This document shows, one piece after another, positions 1 through 7,306 of a stretch of 64,000 bases of DNA. Below the pieces are notes generated by a model. That model was not told the origin of the DNA and searched no databases. It saw only the letters and a program-made list of their open reading frames with translations. Within the stretch, counting starts at the first letter, position 1. Each line of letters starts with the position of its first letter. Where the stretch lies: positions 23,001 through 87,000 of the forward strand of contig JANVYQ010000007.1 in NCBI GenBank assembly GCA_030059675.1, written 5' to 3'. A program made the translations under genes and the position numbers. The stretch comes from Candidatus Pelearchaeum maunauluense. Lineage in GTDB: Archaea; Thermoproteota; Nitrososphaeria_A; Caldarchaeales; Caldarchaeaceae.

Positions 1-77
1 GCGTAAGCCACAACACCCAGAGCCGCTATCGCTGCCAAAGCCACAACAGAAACATACAGAGGTATTCTCTCACTCAT
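1..77 (-). CDS. 5' part of a secreted/membrane protein (runs off window edge)
   Basis: ATG at 77 reads MSERIPLYVSVVALAAIAALGVVAY..., a signal-peptide/TM-like hydrophobic stretch; not in ORF track. Confidence 0.6.
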   Translation of the reverse strand, partial: MSERIPLYVSVVALAAIAALGVVAY

Positions 78-206
78 GCCAAATACTAGGGTGTGACTGG
101 GTTAAATTTCTAGTGATACGAACATGCCCTACTACACACGAGAACAGCTCTAAAACATGGTCTGGGGGATGGGGCTCACGCCCCACAGGCCTGGAGCATA
201 GTGTAG

Positions 207-300
207 TGGGGCCGCTGGGATTTGAACCCAGGATTTCCAGCGCTCCAGGCCGCTGAAGCTCCCCAGGCTGGAGTCATAGTCCAAGCTAGACCACGGCCCC
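207..300 (-). tRNA. tRNA-Pro(GGG) with 18-nt intron at canonical 37/38 position (intron 243-260)
   Basis: Acceptor GGGGCCG/CGGCCCC + discriminator A; D arm GTCTAGCTTGGACTATGAC; anticodon stem CCAGC/GCTGG with CT-GGG-G; T arm CTGGG-TTCAAAT-CCCAG; intron AGCTTCAGCGGCCTGGAG forms a bulge-helix-bulge (CTGG/CTGG helix with GGA and AGC bulges); CCA not encoded. Confidence 0.95.
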
Positions 301-369
301 TGCTCATCTAAAGTTTCGTAGGTGGATTTTTAGGTTTTGCGCGCTATATAGTATCTCAATTTAGCGTTG

Positions 370-897
370 TTATTTTGGTGGTCTAAACTTTATCCTTATT
401 TCAATTTCTTCCTCTGGGTTGTTGCTTATGTAGTGAACCAACGCTGCCAGTAGGTTCTTCATGAGCATCTCCGCATCCTCGCCCTGTAGTCTGCTTGTAT
501 ATATTTCAAGCCCGTCCAAGAGTTTTGATGCTATCTTGTATTCTCGGAATGGTATTCCCTTAAAGAGTGCTTTGGCTACGTTGATGAATGAGCCCCAGTC
601 TATCTCCATGAGCGTCATTAGGCTCAGCTTTCCTCTCAGCTCCTCTGCTTCAAGCTTCTCCAGCTCCTCGCGGAGAGCGGTGAACCTAACCTTGTCCAGC
701 TCCTTACGTCCAACGTCTGTTATCTCGTAGACGCCCTCCTCCCTCTTTTCAACCCAGCCCAGCCGCTGCATGTCAAGTAGGGCCACGTATATTGTCCTGT
801 CTGGCTTGCCTGTCGCTTTGATGAACTCAGAGTAGCGTGTAGGTCCTTTTTCGTCTAGGAGCTGGAGTATTTGGTGTTTTACGGTTGTCTTGGTCAT
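370..897 (-). CDS. winged helix-turn-helix protein (putative transcription regulator)
   Basis: N-terminal ILQLL..GPTRYSEF..ATG...TIY..L..MQRLGWVEK...YEITDVG wHTH pattern. Confidence 0.75.
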   Translation of the reverse strand: MTKTTVKHQILQLLDEKGPTRYSEFIKATGKPDRTIYVALLDMQRLGWVEKREEGVYEITDVGRKELDKVRFTALREELEKLEAEELRGKLSLMTLMEIDWGSFINVAKALFKGIPFREYKIASKLLDGLEIYTSRLQGEDAEMLMKNLLAALVHYISNNPEEEIEIRIKFRPPK

Positions 898-933
898 CTT
901 CTTGGGTGTTTATGGGGTCTGGTTATAATTATA

Positions 934-988
934 CCTACCGAGTGTGTAGGAATGCTTATAAATAATGCTTTCCTACCTGATAGGTGGG
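934..988. promoter_or_regulatory. two palindromic operator-like sites CCTAC-N7-GTRGG flanking a TATA-like box in a divergent promoter
   Basis: CCTACcgagtgtGTAGG at 934-950 and CCTACctgatagGTGGG at 972-988, with TTATAAAT between them; lies between divergent wHTH and RHH genes. Confidence 0.55.
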
Positions 989-1035
989 TATGCGGCTAGG
1001 CCGCGACCCTCATAAAAAGGGGGAGGCGGTAGGAA

Positions 1036-1333
1036 ATGAAGCCCATAACAATCCACCTGCCCGAACACTATCTAGATGCACTAGACGAGCTAGTAAGAAA
1101 ACGCTACTATCCCAACAGGGGCTGAAGCGATAAGGATGGCCATAAGGGACTTCATAAAAACAGAGACCTACGAGGAAAACGGAGACAGAAGCTATACTGG
1201 TTTCCGCTGCTATCTCTGCGGTAAAATCTTCCTAAAGCCAGCAGACCTAGCTAGACACTTGTCTTGGTGCGGTAAGAACAGAAGGCGCGTACAACCCGCG
1301 GCAGGTGGGGCTTATAATGCCGCGAGAGAGTAG
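1036..1333 (+). pseudogene. CopG/ribbon-helix-helix protein fused to a C2H(C) zinc finger, interrupted by a +1 frameshift at ~1118-1121
   Basis: ATG1036 gives MKPITIHLPEHYLDALDELVRKRYYPNRG*; removing one G from AGGGGCT continues AEAIRMAIRDFIKTE (RHH helix 2) into CYLC...ARHLSWC. Confidence 0.8.
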
Positions 1334-1694
1334 TAACACCCAAACTGAGCGGCATAATCCCGAGACAACGCTCACAGAATTCTACAACCTATTCGCCGCA
1401 ATAGTAACACCAAACGGCGTTAAGATAATCAAGTTCCACATGCGCCGCATACTGGGCGAGGAGCCGGCCAAAGTGTTGGAGCAGAATCCCAAGCGCTTTG
1501 CAGAGGCATTCACGCAGCTTTTCGGATGCGAAGAGGCTGTAAGGATTGTTGAGCAGATGATAATAAGCCATTTTTCAATAGAGCTTGAATCTAACAAGAG
1601 TCTTATCGGTATGCTTAAGGAAGGACGTTATGAGGAATTTAACAGAACGCTATCAGCTTTTAATCAAGTGAGGGCTAGGAGCGGCTCGGTCTAG
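1305..1694 (+). CDS. hypothetical protein, DUF3227/NitrOD5-like
   Basis: Pattern IIKFHM...LG.EP..V..NPKRF.EAF..LFG.E.AV.IVEQMI resembles this small archaeal helical family; true start may be ATG 1317. Confidence 0.5.
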   Translation: MGLIMPRESSNTQTERHNPETTLTEFYNLFAAIVTPNGVKIIKFHMRRILGEEPAKVLEQNPKRFAEAFTQLFGCEEAVRIVEQMIISHFSIELESNKSLIGMLKEGRYEEFNRTLSAFNQVRARSGSV

Positions 1695-1750
1695 CCGCAT
1701 ACCCATACATATATTTACGTACAGCCGCCTTTACTATAAGGGGTTGAGTT

Positions 1751-2896
1751 TTGGGTCTGGACTTCAGCTTCAGTGAGGAGCAGGAGCTTTTCCGCAAGTC
1801 TGTTCGCGAGTTCGCTGAGCGTGAGATAAAGCCGCGCATTAAGGAGTATGAGGAGAAACGTGAATGGCCTTGGGAGATTTGGCGGCGCATGGCGGAGTTC
1901 GGCATCCAGGGATTATGCTATCCAAAGGAGTACGGCGGACTTGATGCAGATTACGTTACGGTAGGGATAGCTACCGAGGAGATAGCGCGGGCGGGTGGCC
2001 CTTATCCATCCCATATATGGGGGACGATAATAGCGAGGTATGGTAGTGAGGAGCAGAAGGAGCGTTGGATACCCAAAATCGTGAGAGGCGAGACGCTGGT
2101 CGGCGTGGGCTCAACGGAGCCGCGCGGCGGCTCTGACGCTGCTGGAATACAGACGAAAGCAGAGAGAAGGAACGACCACTACATCATAAATGGCGAGAAG
2201 CAGTTTGTCAGTCACATAAAGGAGTCGGAGGCATTCATAATAACTGCACGCACAGGCCCCTTGCCGCGCGACAAGGGAATAAGCACGATACTCGTGGAGC
2301 TTGACCGCGAGGGAATAGAGAAATATTACTTCAGGACTATGGGGTGGTGGTCCCACTCATTCGGCGGAATAAGATTCAACAACGTCCAAGTTCCTGTCAG
2401 CAATAGGATTGGGGAGGAGAATAAGGGCTTCAAGTATCTTATGATGACCTTTGATAAGGCGCGGGTTCTTTTGGGCTTATGGGCTCTTGGCTATGCTGAA
2501 GCAAGCCTTGAGGAGACGATGAGCTACGCCAAGCAGCGCGAGGTCTTCGGGAGGCCGCTGGCCAAGCTCATAAACGTCCAGTTTGACATAGCCGAGTCGT
2601 ATACGCGTATAGAGGCGGCCAAGCTCCTCTGCTACAGAGCATTATGGCTGGCTGACCAGCAGAGGCCGCATGTGAAGGAGTCTGCCATGGCTAAGTATTA
2701 TGCCCTCACTACAGCGTGCGACGTTATTGATAGGATGATTCAGATTCATGGCGCTGTCGGGATAACGTCGGAGCTTGAGCTGGAGAGGCGATACCGCGAT
2801 GTGAGGGGTATTAGGATAGGCGATGGAACTGATGAGATAATGAAGCTAATCGTAGCCCGCGAGCTTCTGGGCCGCGAGTACCTGCCATACCGCTAG
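1751..2896 (+). CDS. acyl-CoA dehydrogenase
   Basis: DFSFSEEQELFR, STEPRGGSDAA, NGEKQFVS, R.VFGRPL, QIHGAVG, IGDGTDEI motifs; TTG start. Confidence 0.95.
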   Translation: MGLDFSFSEEQELFRKSVREFAEREIKPRIKEYEEKREWPWEIWRRMAEFGIQGLCYPKEYGGLDADYVTVGIATEEIARAGGPYPSHIWGTIIARYGSEEQKERWIPKIVRGETLVGVGSTEPRGGSDAAGIQTKAERRNDHYIINGEKQFVSHIKESEAFIITARTGPLPRDKGISTILVELDREGIEKYYFRTMGWWSHSFGGIRFNNVQVPVSNRIGEENKGFKYLMMTFDKARVLLGLWALGYAEASLEETMSYAKQREVFGRPLAKLINVQFDIAESYTRIEAAKLLCYRALWLADQQRPHVKESAMAKYYALTTACDVIDRMIQIHGAVGITSELELERRYRDVRGIRIGDGTDEIMKLIVARELLGREYLPYR

Positions 2897-2915
2897 CCAG
2901 CGAGGTGGCGGGGGC

Positions 2916-3209
2916 TTGTCTGGGATAACGATACGGCAACTCCAGCAACACTTCAGGGAGCTGTACTTCGCGCGCGACAGCGCGCGTGGCGCTGAGCTAA
3001 CCTTCCTCTGGTTCGTCTCAGAGGTGGGCGAGGCTGCCGACGCCCTCAAGGACAGGGATGGCGATAAGCTTGAGGCCGAGATAGCCGACGTCCTCGCATG
3101 GCTGCTAAGCTTCTGCAACGTTGCTGGAATAGACTTGGAGCGTGCCGTGCTACATAAATACGGTGATGCATGTCCAAGGTGTGGGGCCAAGCCCTGCTCA
3201 TGTGACTAG
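2916..3209 (+). CDS. MazG-like nucleotide pyrophosphohydrolase
   Basis: SEVGEAADA...EIADVLAWLLS acidic motifs, C-terminal CPRC..PC.C. Confidence 0.9.
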   Translation: MSGITIRQLQQHFRELYFARDSARGAELTFLWFVSEVGEAADALKDRDGDKLEAEIADVLAWLLSFCNVAGIDLERAVLHKYGDACPRCGAKPCSCD

Positions 3210-3214
3210 GTTTT

Positions 3215-4471
3215 ATGAAGCAGCTAAAGCTACACGCAACCACCGGGCCAGAGGCGAGGCGCGAGCGTGTAGAATGCCCAGAATGTAGGGGCGTCCCGCG
3301 TTATTGCAGCCTTAATGTCTGCCCTTACTTCAGAGGTCTTCTGAGCAGGGAAGCGCTGGAGCGCAAACTGTCCAGCGAGAGCGTATTCGGCCCAAGCCCG
3401 CCGACGGTCTTCGTAGGCTCATACGGCTACCCGAAAGTCCGTGTAGGGCCTATGCTAAGCCTGCTGGACGAGGAGCATGCAGCCCTCGCTGAAGACACCC
3501 AACGCTGGCTTGAGTTAGGGCTGGATAAGATACTTGACATAAGGCTGAGCATGCTCTATGGAAGGAGGTACAGCCCCGTAACGGCTGCTAGGAGTCAAGA
3601 GAGGCATGTTATGATTTTGCAGGAGCTTGCCATGTCTTTGAAGCCTGTTGATACTGAGGTCTGGCTTGAGAAACGGCCGCTTGTAAGGGCTGGGTTTCAG
3701 GTGAGGGCTGCCCCATTCGGCCCCTCAGCGCCTGCCAAGCGTGTCCAGATAGCTGAGAACCCCCAAGTCCCGCGCATCGTTGATAGGGTTGCCGCCGATA
3801 CCGACATGAAGGCGGAGGCGTCGGTGAACAAGCTATACACCGCAGGCCTGCGGGAGTATGATATAGTGAGGCTGTTGAGCGCTGGTCTGCTAGGCACGCG
3901 AATTGAGAGGCGCTTCGTCCCAACAGAGTGGAGCATAACCGCGGTTGACGACATCATAGGAAAGAGCCTCCGAAAGAATGTGAAGAGAAACGTGCTCATC
4001 AGCGATTTCCTATTCTACACAGCGTCAGGCGTGCATAACCGCGTGTCAGTAGCGCTGCTACCTCTCCCCTGGATGTTTGAGGTCGCCGAGTTCTGGCATC
4101 GCAACGGTGTCTCGGGCCCGTTTATGGACTCAGAACTACCTCTTGAACGGGACAGGTATCCTGAGAATGTAGGGGGCGCTTACCACGCTGTCAGGCTTCC
4201 CATTCTGGAGCACCTGCATAAGCTGCGAAGGCAGGCCGCTGCTATAGCTGTTATTGAGATATGGCCTGGCTGGATTCCCCTCGGCGTGTGGAGGTTTAGG
4301 GAGCTCGCAAGACGCGCACTAGCAGGGGAGCCGCGTAGATTTGACGACCTAAAGGAGCTGCTAAGCCACATGCGCGAGAGTATAGGAAGGCATCTAGACC
4401 TGTGGGTCAGGCGTAGCAGGGTTCTCAGGTTCTATGAGGAACAGCGCTCACTTGGTCTCTGGATGCGCTGA
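3215..4471 (+). CDS. nreA: Nre family DNA repair protein (PCNA-interacting)
   Basis: N-terminal CxxCxG...C....CP zinc finger, GPSPP.VFVG.YGYPKV.VGPM, VPTEWSITAVDD, GGAYHA.RL, PLGVW..RE, C-terminal PIP-like QRSLGLW. Confidence 0.92.
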   Translation: MKQLKLHATTGPEARRERVECPECRGVPRYCSLNVCPYFRGLLSREALERKLSSESVFGPSPPTVFVGSYGYPKVRVGPMLSLLDEEHAALAEDTQRWLELGLDKILDIRLSMLYGRRYSPVTAARSQERHVMILQELAMSLKPVDTEVWLEKRPLVRAGFQVRAAPFGPSAPAKRVQIAENPQVPRIVDRVAADTDMKAEASVNKLYTAGLREYDIVRLLSAGLLGTRIERRFVPTEWSITAVDDIIGKSLRKNVKRNVLISDFLFYTASGVHNRVSVALLPLPWMFEVAEFWHRNGVSGPFMDSELPLERDRYPENVGGAYHAVRLPILEHLHKLRRQAAAIAVIEIWPGWIPLGVWRFRELARRALAGEPRRFDDLKELLSHMRESIGRHLDLWVRRSRVLRFYEEQRSLGLWMR

Positions 4472-4618
4472 CTTGCGCTTCACAATCCTTATACGGCAGA
4501 AGAGAGCATCGCCATCCTTAATCTCAAATATCTTCCTAATCTCCTCTGGTATCGTTATCCTGCCACCAGCGGTAACCTCGGCGAAAAACGGTATATCCTC
4601 CTCGCTTATCTCAACCAT
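4448..4618 (-). CDS. AbrB/SpoVT/MazE-family DNA-binding protein (56 aa, below ORF-track cutoff)
   Basis: MVEISEEDIPFFAEVTAGGRITIPEEIRKIFEIKDGDALFCRIRIVKRK...; GRITIP.EIR....I.DGD signature. Confidence 0.85.
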   Translation of the reverse strand: MVEISEEDIPFFAEVTAGGRITIPEEIRKIFEIKDGDALFCRIRIVKRKSAHPETK

Positions 4619-4665
4619 CTCTGGCTGTTTCTGGACAATGACTGCTTATTAAAAATGCAGCCGCC

Positions 4666-5631
4666 TTACTCAGCCTTTACGGGGCCTCCTATCCCAGACC
4701 TGATAGCCCTATACCCCAGCTCCTCCACCTGCGCATTAACGTATTCCATATCCTCCCAAGCGGTGTTTATGAAGACGCTTGGGCCAGTCTGCATGGAGTA
4801 GAAACACTCAACGCCCTCGCCGCGTAGTTGCTTGACCAGCTCCACGACCTTCAAACTATCGGGAGATGTTAGGATTAGCCGCTTGGGGCCTGTCATGGTT
4901 ACTGCGTGTAGCTCTAATGTGTCAAGCTCCACCAACTCTCCAAACCTCCTGAGGTCTCCATCCTGTATGGCTGCTTCAAGCTCGTCGCATCTTTTCTGGG
5001 CTGAGACGCAGCGCGCTTGGAAGAAGGCTGAAAGCTCAGCCTCTCTGTGAGCCTCCTCCGTAGAGAGCTCTGCGCGGAAGGGTATGATGAGCATAGCCAA
5101 GTCAAGCTCTTCCTTCCCAGCTATACGCACCGCGTAAGAGTCTTCGTCGCATGTTCCAGCATACCACCTGGCATACTCGCCCACAACGCTCCTGCATGCC
5201 GAGCCAGCCAGCCTCCTGGCTATGCGCGAGAGTAGCCGCGTATCCCAGCCAAGGCTTCTATCAAGGCCAGCAGCCTTGTACGCTGCCGCAGCAAGGGCAG
5301 CGCCAGCGGCGGCTGAGAAGCCAAGCCCCTTAGCAGAGCCGCCTGGAAGCGAGTTCCAAGACTCCACGCGTACACGCTCCTCAATAGAGGCTAAGCGCCT
5401 AACAGTGTCTATGACCGTTAAAATCCTCTCCAACGGGCGCCCAGTTATTGGGAAACCATCAACTATAGCTTGGTCGCTCTCAAAGTCGCCGAACTCCACG
5501 CGCGTTGTTGTGTGTAGAGCTTCTACGTTTACGGATATGCTGTCGTGGTAAGGTATTCTCTGCTCCCAGTCGCGTAGGCCGTGGTATTTTATCAACGCCT
5601 GCATGGGATGAGCCTTGGCTGTTGCCTTCAA
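4666..5631 (-). CDS. mvaD: (di)phosphomevalonate decarboxylase-family GHMP protein, haloarchaeal PMD-like; catalytic Asp replaced by Gln
   Basis: MKATAKAHP..ALIKYHG.RD...RIPYHDSISV, GSACRS, TMTGP closely match haloarchaeal PMD, but YSMQTGPSVFINT replaces YFSTDTGASVYINT. Confidence 0.85.
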   Translation of the reverse strand: MKATAKAHPMQALIKYHGLRDWEQRIPYHDSISVNVEALHTTTRVEFGDFESDQAIVDGFPITGRPLERILTVIDTVRRLASIEERVRVESWNSLPGGSAKGLGFSAAAGAALAAAAYKAAGLDRSLGWDTRLLSRIARRLAGSACRSVVGEYARWYAGTCDEDSYAVRIAGKEELDLAMLIIPFRAELSTEEAHREAELSAFFQARCVSAQKRCDELEAAIQDGDLRRFGELVELDTLELHAVTMTGPKRLILTSPDSLKVVELVKQLRGEGVECFYSMQTGPSVFINTAWEDMEYVNAQVEELGYRAIRSGIGGPVKAE

Positions 5632-5651
5632 GCGCGTCTCTCCAGCTCCTC

Positions 5652-6815
5652 TTATTGGAGAGCGTATCTTATCTTTTTGAACCGTCTTAGAAGTCTCGCA
5701 ACTCCCCGTCTAGCCTGGCCTGCGTGCCCATCCAAAGCAAGCTTGATGAGCGCAGCCACCTCGCGCATTTCTCTAGCACCCATTCCCAGACGCGCTACTT
5801 CGTTGGTTCCTAGCCTTACAGCCATGTCAACCACTATCCCGGCTTCCTCAAGCCTATCTCTGAACCACACGCCCTCGTCTGGGTTTTTCGGTATGTAGAC
5901 CTGGTGCGTCTCTGTGTATCCTCTGCTGCCTTTGAAGACGTTTATCCCAGCCTTGTCAAGCTCAGCCGCTAATGTCTTGGCGTTCTCCACTATGCGCGGG
6001 GCATATTTGGAGCCGTAGCGCCGCATCTCCTCCAGAGCAACAGCGAGAGCAGCAACCCTGTTGAGGTGTATGTTATCAACGAACTTGTGGAGGGTGTTAG
6101 ACTCTATCCTGGAGGCCAGCTCCCTGTTGTTGGTTAGTATTATGCCGCCCTGAGGGCCTGGGAATGACTTGTGGGTTGAGCCTAGGAGTATGTCAGCTCC
6201 CTCGTTGAGCGGGTTTGGGAATGTATGGCCAGCTATGAGGCCCAAAACATGAGAGCCGTCAAAGATTACCGCACCACCATAGCTATGCACCTCCTCCGCA
6301 ATCTCCCTAACAGGCTGGGGGAAGAGTATCAGGCTCGCCCCGAGGATTACCACGCTGGGCTTCTCACCTCTTATCACATCTAGACAGCCCCATAGCTCCA
6401 GCTGCTGCTCGCTGCTGTTGAACGGTAGCTGGACGGTCTGTAGTGAGAAGATTTCAGGTATCTTGTCTTGGTCTAGTCCTGGGTATCCGCCATGCTCGGA
6501 TGCTATCACAGCTATCTTCTGTCCCTTGGATACTGTAGAGTATAGTGCGGTCATAAGCGCCACATGCCCTGAGAGTGGCGCGACTGAACAGAACTCCGCG
6601 TTGAAGACTTCTCTTCCCAGCTGCTCCGCGGCATCCCATAGTTTCCGCGCGTATTTTGTGCCACCGTAGAACTCAGGCCTGAAAGCGTATCTCCCAGCTA
6701 GGTCGCTTGCCAAGGCTCTCCTAGCAGCGGGGCTTAGAATATTCTCGCTAGCAACTAGGTTGAGACGCCGCCGCCTATACTGCTCATGCTCCGCCACCAG
6801 CTTAGTCGGGTTCAA
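5652..6815 (-). CDS. glyA: serine hydroxymethyltransferase-family PLP enzyme (divergent)
   Basis: LNLVASEN, DGSHVLGLIAG, GSTHKSFPGPQGG (PLP Lys), VRLGT; several folate-related motifs altered (see findings). Confidence 0.85.
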   Translation of the reverse strand: MNPTKLVAEHEQYRRRRLNLVASENILSPAARRALASDLAGRYAFRPEFYGGTKYARKLWDAAEQLGREVFNAEFCSVAPLSGHVALMTALYSTVSKGQKIAVIASEHGGYPGLDQDKIPEIFSLQTVQLPFNSSEQQLELWGCLDVIRGEKPSVVILGASLILFPQPVREIAEEVHSYGGAVIFDGSHVLGLIAGHTFPNPLNEGADILLGSTHKSFPGPQGGIILTNNRELASRIESNTLHKFVDNIHLNRVAALAVALEEMRRYGSKYAPRIVENAKTLAAELDKAGINVFKGSRGYTETHQVYIPKNPDEGVWFRDRLEEAGIVVDMAVRLGTNEVARLGMGAREMREVAALIKLALDGHAGQARRGVARLLRRFKKIRYALQ

Positions 6816-6853
6816 CAGACGCTCTGTAGCTTTAGGTAGTATATTAGCTCAGC

Positions 6854-7303
6854 CTAAACCAGCGAGTATCGGACATCGCTCTTAACTATCCTTATGGTTA
6901 TCAGTGAGTTGACCTCTATTACTCCCTTGATTCTCTTCACCTTGTTTATCGTTTGGTGAAGCCCGTCTAGGTCGTGAGCCATTATGACCGCGATAGCGTC
7001 GTAGTCTCCTGAGAGTTGGTAGATGTGCGGTATCTCGCGCATGGCTGTCATCTCGCGCAGAACCTCATCTATATTCTCTGGACTTATCCGTAGCATTAGC
7101 GCGGCTGAGTGGTTAATCCCAATCATACGCGGGTCAACCAGAGCCACTATCTTACGTATAACGCCAGCCTTGATGAGACGGGAGATTCTAAATCTTATCG
7201 TGTTCTCATTTACGTTCAGTTTCCTCCCAATCTCGGCATATGATGCCCTGCCGTCCTCCTGGAGTATCTCTAGGATTTTCTTATCAAGGTCGTCTAGCTC
7301 CAA
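6854..7303 (-). CDS. Lrp/AsnC family transcriptional regulator
   Basis: LDDLDKKILEILQEDGRASYAEIGRKL...RISRL...GVI HTH and C-terminal SGDYD RAM domain. Confidence 0.95.
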   Translation of the reverse strand: MELDDLDKKILEILQEDGRASYAEIGRKLNVNENTIRFRISRLIKAGVIRKIVALVDPRMIGINHSAALMLRISPENIDEVLREMTAMREIPHIYQLSGDYDAIAVIMAHDLDGLHQTINKVKRIKGVIEVNSLITIRIVKSDVRYSLV

Positions 7304-7306
7304 CCC

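Noticed and set aside
207-1694. Intact provirus or integrative element at the tRNA
   Set aside because: No integrase, capsid or replication gene and no duplicated tRNA 3' end seen in the window; kept only as a possible relic.
4448-4618. Toxin-antitoxin pair (AbrB/MazE antitoxin)
   Set aside because: No adjacent PIN/MazF toxin; the downstream neighbour is the convergent nreA.
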